This document shows, piece by piece, positions 29,048 through 39,332 of a stretch of DNA of 53,710 nt (position 1 is the stretch's first letter; the number at the start of each line of letters is the position of its first letter). The notes under the pieces were generated by a model. It worked only from the letters and a program-made list of their open reading frames with translations. It was not told where the DNA came from and made no database searches. The stretch spans positions 1-53,710 of the forward strand of contig CAMAMZ010000001.1 in assembly GCA_945837185.1 (NCBI GenBank), written 5' to 3'. The translations under genes were made by a program, and so were the position numbers. This DNA is from an uncultured Bacteroidales bacterium. Lineage in GTDB: Bacteria; Bacteroidota; Bacteroidia; Bacteroidales; Bacteroidaceae.

Positions 29048-30043
29048 ATGGAAGAAGAGATTATCCAACCGATTAGCAAGGAACTGTTGAAAAGGGAACT
29101 AACTCCCGAGCGTCAGTTGCGAATGACTAACAAGAGCCATAATGAAATTTATGTCATTACGGCAAAAGAAGCTCCTCATGTGATGATGGAAATAGGGCGT
29201 CTTAGAGAAGAGGCCTTTCGTACAGCAGGAGGAGGTACGGGCAAGGCAATGGATATTGATGAGTTTGACACCATGGAGAACGGTTGTAAACAACTCATTG
29301 TTTGGAACCCGGAGTCGGAGGAGATTATAGGTGGCTACCGTTATATTTTTGGAAGGGACTGGCAGATTGATGCCAAAGGCCAGCCGAAGTTGGCTACGAG
29401 TCACATGTTTCATTTCTCTGAGAAATTTATGCGGGAGTATGCGCCCTATACAGTAGAGCTGGGTCGTTCCTTCGTTTCTTTGGATTATCAGAATGTGCGT
29501 AAAAATACGAAGAGTATCTTTGCGCTTGACAATCTTTGGGATGGGCTCGGTGCACTCACGGTATTGAACCCGAATGTGAAGTATTTCTTTGGAAAGATGA
29601 CTATGTATCCCTCCTATATCCGCAGGGGAAGGGACATGATTCTCTATTTCTTGAAAAAGCATTTCGATGATAAGGAGAATCTGATTGTGCCGTTGAAACC
29701 GTTGGTTATAGAAACGCCTGAAGAGGAATTGGCCAGTATTTTCAATGAAGAGAGTTTTAAGGATGATTACCGTTTGCTCAATCGTGAAATCCGAAAGTTA
29801 GGATACAATATTCCGCCTTTGGTGAATGCTTATATGAGTTTGAGTCCTACCATGAAGCTATTCGGAACTGCCATTAATTATGGATTCGGTGATGTGGAGG
29901 AAACAGGTATTCTCATAGCTGTCGATGAAATATTGGAAGAGAAACGAGTGCGGCATATCGATAGCTTTATCGATGAACATCCTGAAGCCTTGCAGATTAC
30001 AAGTGGTGCCAATAAACTGATATACAAAGAAGAGGGGAAATAA
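29048..30043 (+). CDS. GNAT (OlsB-like) N-acyltransferase, probable glycine-lipid synthase (GlsB-like)
   Basis: EIGRLREEAFR, DIDEFD, IIGGYR, ELGRSFV and IPPLVNAY. Confidence 0.85.
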   Translation: MEEEIIQPISKELLKRELTPERQLRMTNKSHNEIYVITAKEAPHVMMEIGRLREEAFRTAGGGTGKAMDIDEFDTMENGCKQLIVWNPESEEIIGGYRYIFGRDWQIDAKGQPKLATSHMFHFSEKFMREYAPYTVELGRSFVSLDYQNVRKNTKSIFALDNLWDGLGALTVLNPNVKYFFGKMTMYPSYIRRGRDMILYFLKKHFDDKENLIVPLKPLVIETPEEELASIFNEESFKDDYRLLNREIRKLGYNIPPLVNAYMSLSPTMKLFGTAINYGFGDVEETGILIAVDEILEEKRVRHIDSFIDEHPEALQITSGANKLIYKEEGK

Positions 30044-30104
30044 GTATTCCCCTTTTTTCTTGCTTTGGTATGCTTAGATGATGGGTTTTCTTGCTTCGTG
30101 ATAC

Positions 30105-31442
30105 TTAGATGATGGGCAAGGAAAGTCCTTTTATCTTTTGGTATATGTCCAGAGCGTAGATATCTGTCATGCCGCTGATATAATCAATGACCGACATGAT
30201 ACGTGTTTCCAAGTCTTCACTATTGATGTCGTATTGTGAACTGAATCGTCGTATCAGTTGTTTTGAGTGAAATCTCTCGGGGTGCACCGCTGCTTCCACC
30301 AAATCTCTCATGAGTGTTTCCATGATGCAATAACCCGACAATTCAACGTCTAAAACGGGCTTGCTCATATAAATCTTCTTCATGGAAATCTCCACACACT
30401 GTGCATAGGCTTCTTTTTGTTCCGATGAAATGGCAGAAATAAGACTTCCTTGAAATGTTCCTTCCAGAATCTGTTGCTCATTGTCTACAAATGCTTTCAC
30501 ACAGGCTGCTTCCAAAACACCTACAGCACAGGCTCGTAAGTAAACAATCTTTTCATTGTTGTCGGTCACACCCTCCTCTTTCAGTCGTTGACGAATATCC
30601 GCTTGCTTGTCCTTGTCGAAGAATCCTAAAAGTAGTGCCTCTGTCTCCTCGTAGGTCAGCAGTTTCAGTTTATGGGCGTCTTCAATATCCATAATCTCAT
30701 AGCAGATATCATCGGCAGCCTCCATCAAATAGACCAAAGGGTGTCGTGCATATTGTAAAGGCTCACCCGTGGCCGACAGACGAGTAATTCCTAAAGATTC
30801 AGCAATTCTCACATAGTACTCCTCTTCGGTGGCGAAAAAACCAAATTTTCCATGTTTACCGCATGCTTCCGATGAAACGGGATATTTCACTATGCTTGCA
30901 AGAGATGTGTAGGTCATAACAAAGCCTCCTGCCCGTCGCCCGTTGAATTGGTGCGTCAATAGTCGGAAAGCATTCGCATTTCCTTCAAAGTGACAGATGT
31001 CTTCCCAGAAACGCTTGCTCAAGGATGAACGCAAACTCTTTCCTTCTCTTTCAGTAAAGAAGGTTTGTATGGCTTTTTCTCCGCTGTGCCCGAAAGGAGG
31101 ATTTCCCATGTCGTGTGCCAAGCCTGCTGTTTGTACGATGGTACCGATTTCTCCAAACAGGGTGCCACGCAACTCAGGGTGCCGTTCCATCAGTCTTTGT
31201 GCCACATCGTCACCCAGCGATTTGCCCAAAGATGAAACCTCCAGCGAGTGGGTAAGTCGGTTGTGCACAAACACGCTCCCAGGCAAAGGGAACACCTGGG
31301 TCTTATTTTGAAGTCTGCGAAACGGTGCAGAATAAATCAAGCGGTCGCTGTCGCGTTTAAACTCCGAACGGTCATCGTGACGGTCTGCATGGCGTTGTTC
31401 TTGTCCGAACCGCCTATTAGATATAAGTTGTTGCCAATTCAT
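30105..31442 (-). CDS. dgt: dGTP triphosphohydrolase (HD family)
   Basis: FRRLQNKTQV, RLTHSLEV, HDMGNPPFGHSGE, EGNA and EAADDICY. Confidence 0.95.
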   Translation of the reverse strand: MNWQQLISNRRFGQEQRHADRHDDRSEFKRDSDRLIYSAPFRRLQNKTQVFPLPGSVFVHNRLTHSLEVSSLGKSLGDDVAQRLMERHPELRGTLFGEIGTIVQTAGLAHDMGNPPFGHSGEKAIQTFFTEREGKSLRSSLSKRFWEDICHFEGNANAFRLLTHQFNGRRAGGFVMTYTSLASIVKYPVSSEACGKHGKFGFFATEEEYYVRIAESLGITRLSATGEPLQYARHPLVYLMEAADDICYEIMDIEDAHKLKLLTYEETEALLLGFFDKDKQADIRQRLKEEGVTDNNEKIVYLRACAVGVLEAACVKAFVDNEQQILEGTFQGSLISAISSEQKEAYAQCVEISMKKIYMSKPVLDVELSGYCIMETLMRDLVEAAVHPERFHSKQLIRRFSSQYDINSEDLETRIMSVIDYISGMTDIYALDIYQKIKGLSLPII

Positions 31443-31546
31443 AGTGGCAAAAGTACGGAAAAATATGTAATTTCTATCTTTTTAAGATGAAAAATGAAGA
31501 TAAGTGTGTAGAATTACGTATTTTTGCACCTTAATATAATAGAGAT

Positions 31547-31984
31547 ATGTTACAAGTTAAGGTTGTCAATATCGGTCATCAGCCACTTCCGGCGTATGCT
31601 ACAAGCCAAAGTGCAGGCCTTGATTTGCGCGCGAATATCGATGCGCCTATTGTGCTTCATCCCATGGAGCGTAAACTCATACCAACGGGCTTGCGTATTG
31701 CCCTTCCTGTAGGCTTTGAGGCGCAGATTCGCCCGCGTAGCGGCTTGGCACTCAAACATGGCATTACTGTACTCAATACGCCTGGCACCATAGATGCTGA
31801 TTACCGGGGAGAGCTCATGGTCTTGCTGATAAACTTTTCTGATAAGGAGTTCCTTATCAACGATGGTGAGCGCATTGCCCAAATGGTGGTTGCTCGCCAC
31901 GAACAGGTAGACTTTGAACTGGTAAACCAACTTGACGATACAGAACGAGGTGCCGGAGGCTATGGTCATACTGGTGTGAAATAA
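31547..31984 (+). CDS. dut: dUTP diphosphatase
   Basis: [20 protein letters not shown] and [10 protein letters not shown]. Confidence 0.98.
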   Translation: MLQVKVVNIGHQPLPAYATSQSAGLDLRANIDAPIVLHPMERKLIPTGLRIALPVGFEAQIRPRSGLALKHGITVLNTPGTIDADYRGELMVLLINFSDKEFLINDGERIAQMVVARHEQVDFELVNQLDDTERGAGGYGHTGVK

Positions 31985-31998
31985 GCGGAAGGTGTAGC

Positions 31999-33789
31999 AT
32001 GGAAAAGCAAAAGGAACGACAATATGGCAGTGTTCTCTTGCGCGTACTGCTGGTGATGCTGGTGGTGTGTCATACAGGGATATTGGAAGCTGCTGTATTC
32101 CCATCTATACCCAAGGAGAAAGTGTTGACTTCCGATATGCCTTCATTGAACGATCAGCGTCGGTATGACTATTTCTTCCTGGAAGCTGTCAGAATGCAGA
32201 ACATGGAGCGTTATGATGCTGCGTTCGATTTGCTCCAGCATTGTGTGTCTATCAACCCTGCTGCCGCTGAGGCTTATTTCTATCAGTCTATGTTGTATGC
32301 AATGATGCAGAACGATACTTTGACATTGAAGCTGTTGGACAAAGCTGTGTCTTTGCGTCCGGATAACTACATCTATCTGGAGCAGGCTGCAAAGGCTTAT
32401 TACAACTATGGTATGAAAGAGAAGACCATAGCTGCCTTTGAGCGTTTGGCCGCTACTCATAAGGAACGTACCGATGTTCTACAAGTCTTGATAGATCTTT
32501 ATCAAGAACAGAAAGCATACGACCAAATGTTGCGTTGTATTCAGCAATTGGAACAAATTGATGGTAGTACGGTGGAAACGGCCTTGATGAAGGTAAAGGC
32601 CTACGAGTTGAAAGAAGACATGAAGATGGCCTATAAGGTTCTACAGAATCTTGTTGACGAGCATCCCTATGATTTGCATTGTAGGGTGATGATGGGCAAT
32701 TGGCTGTTGGTGAATGGTAGGCAGAAGGAGGCCTTCAAGGTGTTGACAGAAGCCTTGAAGGAGGAACCCAATAATGTTTATGTGCAGAGTTCGCTCTATG
32801 ATTATTATGTGGCAGAGGGAATGCGTGAAAAGGCCGATGATTTGTTGGAGAAGATGTTGGTCAATCCACAAACAGAATCACAGTCCAAGGTATCCTTGAT
32901 GCGCCAGGTTATCCAGGAGAATGAGCGGCAAGGAGGGGATAGTACAGCGGTTTTGCAACTTTTCAACCGTATCGCCAAGATTTCTCCGAAAGATGCTACC
33001 ATGGCAGAGCTGAAGGTTGCCTATATGGAGTTGAAACAAATGCCCGACAGCTGCATGGAACAAGCCTTGCGTCAAACCTTGCAAATTGTGCCTGACAACG
33101 CAGGCTTACGCATGGAACTCCTGCAACGGCTTTTGAAAAAGCAACAATGGGACTCCTTAATAGCGGTTAGTAAGAGTGGAACCGAATATAATCCCGAAGA
33201 AATGGGGTTTTATTATTTCCTCGGCATATCGCATTATCAAAAAGATGAGCCCGACGAAGCCCTCGATGCTTTCCGCAGAGGTATCGGTGTAATCAATGAA
33301 AAGAGCAATGCGGTCATTGTGAGCGATTTCTATTCCATCATGGGCGATATCCTCATCAAAAAGGGACTGAAGCAGGAAGCCTATGCGGCTTTAGATAGTT
33401 GCCTGAAATGGAAGAGCGACAATATTGAGTGCTTGAACAATTATGCGTATTACCTTAGTGAGGAGAACCGTCAACTGGATAAAGCTGCTGAAATGAGTTA
33501 CCGTACCATCAAGGCAGACCCCAAGAATCCTACTTATCTGGATACGTATGCTTGGGTGTTGTTCCGACAGGAACGTTATGCAGAGGCGAAATTGTATATT
33601 GACCAGGCTCTTGCCAATGACACATCGGAAGTGAAGAGTGGTGTGGTCCTGGAACATGCCGGCGATATCTATGCCAAGAACCTTGACCTCGACAAGGCTG
33701 TTTCTTTCTGGAAACAAGCAGAGGAGGCAGGTGGCGGCAGCGCATTGTTGCCTAAAAAGATTCAAATGAGAAAATGGATAGAGGAATGA
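31999..33789 (+). CDS. Periplasmic tetratricopeptide-repeat protein
   Basis: Signal/TM segment, multiple TPRs and LNNYAY...YLDTYAW...EHAGD C-terminus. Confidence 0.9.
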   Translation: MEKQKERQYGSVLLRVLLVMLVVCHTGILEAAVFPSIPKEKVLTSDMPSLNDQRRYDYFFLEAVRMQNMERYDAAFDLLQHCVSINPAAAEAYFYQSMLYAMMQNDTLTLKLLDKAVSLRPDNYIYLEQAAKAYYNYGMKEKTIAAFERLAATHKERTDVLQVLIDLYQEQKAYDQMLRCIQQLEQIDGSTVETALMKVKAYELKEDMKMAYKVLQNLVDEHPYDLHCRVMMGNWLLVNGRQKEAFKVLTEALKEEPNNVYVQSSLYDYYVAEGMREKADDLLEKMLVNPQTESQSKVSLMRQVIQENERQGGDSTAVLQLFNRIAKISPKDATMAELKVAYMELKQMPDSCMEQALRQTLQIVPDNAGLRMELLQRLLKKQQWDSLIAVSKSGTEYNPEEMGFYYFLGISHYQKDEPDEALDAFRRGIGVINEKSNAVIVSDFYSIMGDILIKKGLKQEAYAALDSCLKWKSDNIECLNNYAYYLSEENRQLDKAAEMSYRTIKADPKNPTYLDTYAWVLFRQERYAEAKLYIDQALANDTSEVKSGVVLEHAGDIYAKNLDLDKAVSFWKQAEEAGGGSALLPKKIQMRKWIEE

Positions 33790-34718
33790 AACAGATAGAA
33801 CGTGTTATGAAGAAACAGATTGTTGGCAGATATTGTCGTATGTCAGGCTTTTTCTGCGCATGTTGTCTGGCTGTAGCCTTGGCTTCGTGTGCCGGAAAGA
33901 AATCATTGACAGAAGGGGCCTCAGGTATGAGTGGCTCTACAGCTGGACAAACATCACAGGAGATACAGCAAAAGCGTTTCCTGCAAGGTGTTATCGGACA
34001 AGCAGTCTATCAAAAGAATATTGTGGGCAGTATGTCATTCCGCCTCAAGGCAGGAAATATCGACCAGTCCTTACCGGGCTCCCTGCACATGCGTAAGGAC
34101 GAAGTGATACGCTTGCAGGTATTCATTCCACTGATAGGTACTGAGGTCGGACGTATAGAGTTCACCCCAGAATATGTGCTGGTAGTCGATCGTATTCATA
34201 AAGAATATATCAAGGCCGATTACCGCAATCTCGCCTTCCTGCGCGAGAACGGTTTGGATTTCTACAGTCTGCAATCGCTCTTCTGGAATCAGTTACTCTT
34301 GCCTGGTACGCGAACGCTCAGCGAAAAGGATTTGTCCAAACTAACGGTAACACTCGATGATGTTGCCCTCCATGTGCCCATCTCCTACACCAAAGATAAG
34401 CTGTCGTTCTATTGGAAGGCAGAACGAGCTTCTTCGCACATCGTAGCCACCGAGGTGCAGTACGAGGGGCATAGCGGTGTGTCTAAACTCCTTTGGTCGT
34501 ATGGCGATTTCAAGACATTGGGATTGAAGCAGTTTCCTGCCAGCCAGTCATTCTCCTTTATTACAAAAGTTGCAGGAAAACAACAGCAGGCTGTCGTTTC
34601 TTTCAGTCTCAGCAAATTGGGAACACAGTCGGATTGGGAAACAAAAACCACGCTCTCCTCTAAATATAAGCAAGTGGAAGCCAGTGATGTATTTGATAAA
34701 TTGCTCAATTTCAAATGA
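33786..34718 (+). CDS. DUF4292 family lipoprotein
   Basis: LASC lipobox; LHMRKDEVIRL...GTEVGRIEFTP...DFYSLQSLFWN; ATGA overlap with the TPR gene. Confidence 0.85.
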   Translation: MKQIERVMKKQIVGRYCRMSGFFCACCLAVALASCAGKKSLTEGASGMSGSTAGQTSQEIQQKRFLQGVIGQAVYQKNIVGSMSFRLKAGNIDQSLPGSLHMRKDEVIRLQVFIPLIGTEVGRIEFTPEYVLVVDRIHKEYIKADYRNLAFLRENGLDFYSLQSLFWNQLLLPGTRTLSEKDLSKLTVTLDDVALHVPISYTKDKLSFYWKAERASSHIVATEVQYEGHSGVSKLLWSYGDFKTLGLKQFPASQSFSFITKVAGKQQQAVVSFSLSKLGTQSDWETKTTLSSKYKQVEASDVFDKLLNFK

Positions 34719-36295
34719 AAAAGTATCTTGTTCTTTTCATCTTGTTGGCATTGCCTCTGATGCTTCCTGCCCAGAAGAAAAAGGCAACAACCTCCAGAAA
34801 GTCCGTAGCCACGCATACAACTCGCAAAAAGAAGGCTAAGACTTCCAAGACAGCCTCCTATACCAATGCCTCCATCCGAGGCCTGCAAAGTCAGCGTGAT
34901 GCCATACAAAAGAAAATCAAACAGCAGGAAAAGGCGTTGCGTGCCAACAAGGCCGATGTGTCCAAGCGCCTCAAGAACCTGATGGCATTGAATAGCGAAA
35001 TTGATGAGAAACAGAAATCCATCGATGGTATTCAGAAGGACTTGAAGCAGATTGACGGCAACATAGGTATCTTGGAAACGCAACTGTCTACCCTGGAACA
35101 ACAATTGGAAGAAAGGAAAAGCAAATATATCAAGTCGGTTCGTTATATGGCACGCCACCGTACGGTGCAAGACCGGTTGATGTTTGTGTTTTCTGCCAAG
35201 AGTTTTCTGCAGATGTATCGTCGTCTGCGTTTCGTAAAGGAATATGCAGCCTATCAGCGTGCCCAAGGCGAAATGTTGAAGGTGAAACAGGCGCAGGTGG
35301 TAGAAAAAAGGCAGCAATTGCAGAATGTGCGTGGTGAGAAGAACCATTTGCTCAACAAGAATGTCAAAGCCAGGACTGAGCTCGAAGGCAAGCAGAATGA
35401 GCAGAAGGAAATGGTCAAAGGTTTGCAGCGCCAGCAGAAAACCATCCAGTCTATCATCGCGGAGCAACGCAAGAAGAATGAAATCCTGAATGCGCAGATT
35501 GATAAGTTGGTGGCCATAGAAGTTGCCAAAGCCAAGGCAAGGGCCGAGGCTGAAGCGCGTCGTAAGGCTGAAGCCGCTGCAGCTGCCAAGAAACGGGCAG
35601 AGGAACTGGCTCGTCGTAAGGCTGAAGCAGAAGCCAGAGCCAAGGAGAATGAACGACGGTTGGCTTTGGCTAAGGAGCGTGAGGCTCAGATGAAGGCTGC
35701 CGCAGAAGAAGCGGCCAAATCGAAGAAAGGAGAAGAACTTGCCCGTGCCGAACAGGCCGCCCGTGAAGCCCGTGCCACACGTGAGGCTGTAGAGCGAAAA
35801 GCCAAAGCCGATGAAGAACGCAGCAAGCGTGAGATTGCCAACGCTCGTAAGCATGCTGAGGATGCGGTGGGTCTAAGCTCTGCCGACCGCATGCTGAGTG
35901 GTGGCTTCGAAGCCAATAAGGGGCGTCTGCCCATGCCTATTACCGGTTCTTATCGTGTGGTGAGCCATTATGGCCAATATAATGTGGAAGGACTCAAAGG
36001 TGTAACGCTCGATAATAAAGGCATCAATATCCTGGGCAAACAGGGGGCTATGGCACGGAGTGTCTATGATGGCGAGGTGAGTGCCATCTTTGGTTGGGAA
36101 GGGGCCATGTTTGTCATGGTTCGCCATGGCTCTTATATCTCTGTATATTGTAATTTGAGTTCCGTGTGTGTCAGCAAGGGACAGAAAGTATCAACCCGAC
36201 AAGCCTTGGGCGTAGTGGGTCCGGAGAATATCCTTCAGTTCCAGTTGCGCAGAGGAACGGCCAAACTGAATCCGGAGTCGTGGCTGGGCAGATAG
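34715..36295 (+). CDS. envC: EnvC-like murein hydrolase activator (coiled coil plus degenerate M23/LytM)
   Basis: Long coiled coil and KGRLPMP; the LytM domain lacks Zn ligands (NKGINI, LQFQL). Confidence 0.88.
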   Translation: MKKYLVLFILLALPLMLPAQKKKATTSRKSVATHTTRKKKAKTSKTASYTNASIRGLQSQRDAIQKKIKQQEKALRANKADVSKRLKNLMALNSEIDEKQKSIDGIQKDLKQIDGNIGILETQLSTLEQQLEERKSKYIKSVRYMARHRTVQDRLMFVFSAKSFLQMYRRLRFVKEYAAYQRAQGEMLKVKQAQVVEKRQQLQNVRGEKNHLLNKNVKARTELEGKQNEQKEMVKGLQRQQKTIQSIIAEQRKKNEILNAQIDKLVAIEVAKAKARAEAEARRKAEAAAAAKKRAEELARRKAEAEARAKENERRLALAKEREAQMKAAAEEAAKSKKGEELARAEQAAREARATREAVERKAKADEERSKREIANARKHAEDAVGLSSADRMLSGGFEANKGRLPMPITGSYRVVSHYGQYNVEGLKGVTLDNKGINILGKQGAMARSVYDGEVSAIFGWEGAMFVMVRHGSYISVYCNLSSVCVSKGQKVSTRQALGVVGPENILQFQLRRGTAKLNPESWLGR

Positions 36296-36370
36296 CAGAG
36301 TCCAGCCAAGGCTCTTGTGCATGTGCTTTGACAGATAGCTGTGTCCATCTTGCGTATGCTCCTTGACAGC

Positions 36371-37432
36371 TTATAAGGATAAGCCGTCAAGGAGTTGTAG
36401 GTAGGTGTCTATAGCCTGACTTATTTCAGAAAGACAGATATATTCATCTGCGGCATGGGAGCGCGAGGAATGGCCTGGTCCCAACTTGAGCGATGGAAAA
36501 GACATCAAGGCCTGGTCGCTGAGGGTTGGGGAGCCAAAAGGTTGCATGCCCAATTCCATGCAGCGCATTACCAGTGGATGGGAGGTGCTGATATGAGAGG
36601 AACGCAGGCGGAAGGAGCGTGCCTTGACCGTCGATTTCAGATGACGGGCAATCAACGCATACACTTCCTCATTGTCATACAATTCATTTGTACGCACATC
36701 CACCACCATCTGACACTCGTCTGGTACCACATTGTGTTGTGTGCCGGCATGTATCACGGTGAGGGTCATCTGTGTAGGTCCCAGATAAGGACTCACCTTC
36801 TCAAAACGATAATCGTGAATCCATCGGATGTCGTCGAGGGCTTCATAAATGGCATTGATACCTTCACCTCTTGCCGCATGACCGCTTTTGCCATGTGCGG
36901 TCACGTCCAATACCATGAGTCCCCGTTCTGCTATGGCAGGTTGCATGGCCGTGGGTTCTCCCACAATGGCCACATCTATCTTGGGCAATAAAGGTAGTAC
37001 CCTGCTGATACCATTCTTGCCCGACACCTCTTCTTCAGCAGATGCAACATACACCATATTATAATTACGCGTGCGCGCGTAAAGCATGCGAAACACCTGC
37101 AGCAGCGTTACCAATCCTCCACCACAGTCGTTGCTGCCCAGTCCGTAAAGCTGGTCGCCTTCGATTGTAGGCGTAAAAGGTTGCCTTTTCCAACTCTCCA
37201 CTGGTTTCACCGTGTCGATATGCGCATTGAGCAGCAGGGTAGGCTTATCGGCCGAAAAGTCTTCTGTCACGATCCATACATTGTTGCCTTCCCGATGTGG
37301 CATCAAGCCATAGGCTTTTATCCTTGATTCCAGCAAATCGGCAGCGGCAGTCTCGTTGCGGCTTGTTGATGGTGTGGCAATCAGCGCCATGAGCAGGTCG
37401 ACGGCCTCTTTGAAGTATTCTTGTTTTTCCAT
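36371..37432 (-). CDS. argE: M20-family metallohydrolase, ArgE-like ornithine deacylase
   Basis: NAHIDTV, GLGSND, EEE, GEPT, GKSGHA and SHAADE. Confidence 0.8.
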   Translation of the reverse strand: MEKQEYFKEAVDLLMALIATPSTSRNETAAADLLESRIKAYGLMPHREGNNVWIVTEDFSADKPTLLLNAHIDTVKPVESWKRQPFTPTIEGDQLYGLGSNDCGGGLVTLLQVFRMLYARTRNYNMVYVASAEEEVSGKNGISRVLPLLPKIDVAIVGEPTAMQPAIAERGLMVLDVTAHGKSGHAARGEGINAIYEALDDIRWIHDYRFEKVSPYLGPTQMTLTVIHAGTQHNVVPDECQMVVDVRTNELYDNEEVYALIARHLKSTVKARSFRLRSSHISTSHPLVMRCMELGMQPFGSPTLSDQALMSFPSLKLGPGHSSRSHAADEYICLSEISQAIDTYLQLLDGLSL

Positions 37433-37523
37433 ACGTGAGCAAAATTAAGAAAAAAGTGCAAATAAGTTCTTATTTTACTTGAGAAATTTTTATCTTTGCA
37501 TAATTATAAATACTTTTAAGCGT

Positions 37524-39332
37524 ATGCAAACCATTTGTCATCTTTCTGCGTTGATTCATAAGCAAGCAGAAAAATATGGAAATCGCATTGCCATAACGTA
37601 TAAAGGTTTTGGCGAAACACAGTGGAAAACCATTTCCTGGCAGCATTTTTCCATGCGGGTCAAGGAGGTGAGCAATGCTTTGCTCAATATAGGCATCAAG
37701 CCGCAGGAAGCCATTGCCGTTTTTTCGCAAAACTGTGTGCAGTATTTGTATACTGATTTTGGAGCTTACGGTGTAAAAGCTATCACGGTTCCTTTCTATG
37801 CCACCAATAGCGAGCAGCAAATACAGTATATGATTAATGACGCTCAGGTGCGTGTTATCTTTGTCGGTGAGCAGGAACAGTACGACAAGGCGCAACGCAT
37901 CTTTCCACTCTGTGCATCGTTGGAGCGTATCGTGGTCTATGACGAGGCGGTACACATCGCGGAAGAAGAGACAAATGCCATCCATTTCAGCGAGTTTATC
38001 AAGTTGGGCGAAGGATTGCCTCGCCAGTCGGAGTTGGATATCTTGTTGCGTAACGTGTCTAACGATGACATGTGCAACATCCTTTACACCAGCGGTACCA
38101 CAGGAGAAAGCAAGGGTGTGATGCTCACCTACGGTCAGTATGAAGCGGCCTTGCGTGCCAATGGCCAGTGTGTCAATGTGAGTGAAAAAGACCGCGTCAT
38201 CGATTTCCTCCCCTTCACCCATATCTTTGAGCGGGGATGGGCCTACCTCGGTCTTACCGTGGGTGCCCAGCTCATCATCAATACCTATCCGCAGGAAATC
38301 CAGCAGTCAATGCGCGAAACGCATCCCACATGTATGTCGGCCGTGCCCCGCTTCTGGGAGAAAGTGTATGTGGCTGTAAAAGACAAAATCGATAGGGCTG
38401 GTGCCATCAAACAACGCCTTTTTGCCCATGCCTTGTCGGTGGGCAAACGCTACAATGTGGATTATGTCATGCAGGGCAAACGACCGCCGCTGGCGCTCGC
38501 CTTGGAGTACAAGATGATCGATCGCGCCATGCTTAGTATCGTGCGCAAGCAGATAGGACTCGACCATCCCAACATCTTCCCAACTGCGGGAGCTGCCATC
38601 TCACCTGCCATAGAGCAGTTTGTGCATGCCGTAGGAATCAACATGGTGGCAGGCTATGGCTTGACGGAGAGCCTTGCTACGGTGTCATGCGACCGAGGCG
38701 ACCAGCCTTGTACCATCGGTTCTGTAGGCCGTGTCATCGATGGTTTGCAAATCAAGATAGGCGAGAATGATGAGGTGCTGCTCAAAGGTCCTACCATTAC
38801 AAAAGGCTATTACAAGCGCGACAATGCCAATCAGGAGGCATTCGATGCCGACGGGTTCTTCCATACGGGCGATGCGGGCTATATCAAGAATGGCGAGCTC
38901 TTCTTGAAAGAACGTATCAAGGACCTCTTTAAAACATCGAACGGAAAGTATATCGCTCCGCAGATGGTGGAATCAATGCTGTTGGTTGACAAATATGTTG
39001 ACCAGATAGCCATTGTGGCTGAAGAACGTAAGTTTGTTTCGGCACTCCTTGTGCCCGATTTCCGTTTGCTGGAAGAGTATGCACGCCAGGCGGGTATTCC
39101 CTTTACGAGTCGGGAAGACCTGTGCAACTCGCCTCGTATCAATGCCATGATGATGGAGCGTGTTGAAACATTACAGCAGTCATTGGCGCATTATGAAAAG
39201 GTGAAGCGTATCACTTTGATTCCGCGTGCTTTCTCCATGGAATCGGGTGAGCTGACAAGTACGCTCAAGTTGAAACGACCGGTTGTCTACAAGAATTTCA
39301 AGGAGATAATCGATAAGATGTATGAGGAATGA
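37524..39332 (+). CDS. Long-chain fatty acyl-CoA synthetase (AMP-binding)
   Basis: YTSGTTGESKG, GYGLTE, FHTGDAG and TSNGKYIAP; TATCTTTG box at 37491-37498. Confidence 0.93.
   Translation: MQTICHLSALIHKQAEKYGNRIAITYKGFGETQWKTISWQHFSMRVKEVSNALLNIGIKPQEAIAVFSQNCVQYLYTDFGAYGVKAITVPFYATNSEQQIQYMINDAQVRVIFVGEQEQYDKAQRIFPLCASLERIVVYDEAVHIAEEETNAIHFSEFIKLGEGLPRQSELDILLRNVSNDDMCNILYTSGTTGESKGVMLTYGQYEAALRANGQCVNVSEKDRVIDFLPFTHIFERGWAYLGLTVGAQLIINTYPQEIQQSMRETHPTCMSAVPRFWEKVYVAVKDKIDRAGAIKQRLFAHALSVGKRYNVDYVMQGKRPPLALALEYKMIDRAMLSIVRKQIGLDHPNIFPTAGAAISPAIEQFVHAVGINMVAGYGLTESLATVSCDRGDQPCTIGSVGRVIDGLQIKIGENDEVLLKGPTITKGYYKRDNANQEAFDADGFFHTGDAGYIKNGELFLKERIKDLFKTSNGKYIAPQMVESMLLVDKYVDQIAIVAEERKFVSALLVPDFRLLEEYARQAGIPFTSREDLCNSPRINAMMMERVETLQQSLAHYEKVKRITLIPRAFSMESGELTSTLKLKRPVVYKNFKEIIDKMYEE

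Noticed and set aside
30105-31984. dGTPase as an anti-phage nucleotide-depletion system
   Set aside because: It sits in a housekeeping context divergent from dut, with no defence-island neighbours.
35520-35860. Ala/Lys/Glu/Arg-rich repeats in envC, including a duplicated CGTCGTAAGGCTGAAGC
   Set aside because: Ordinary low-complexity coiled-coil linker for this family.
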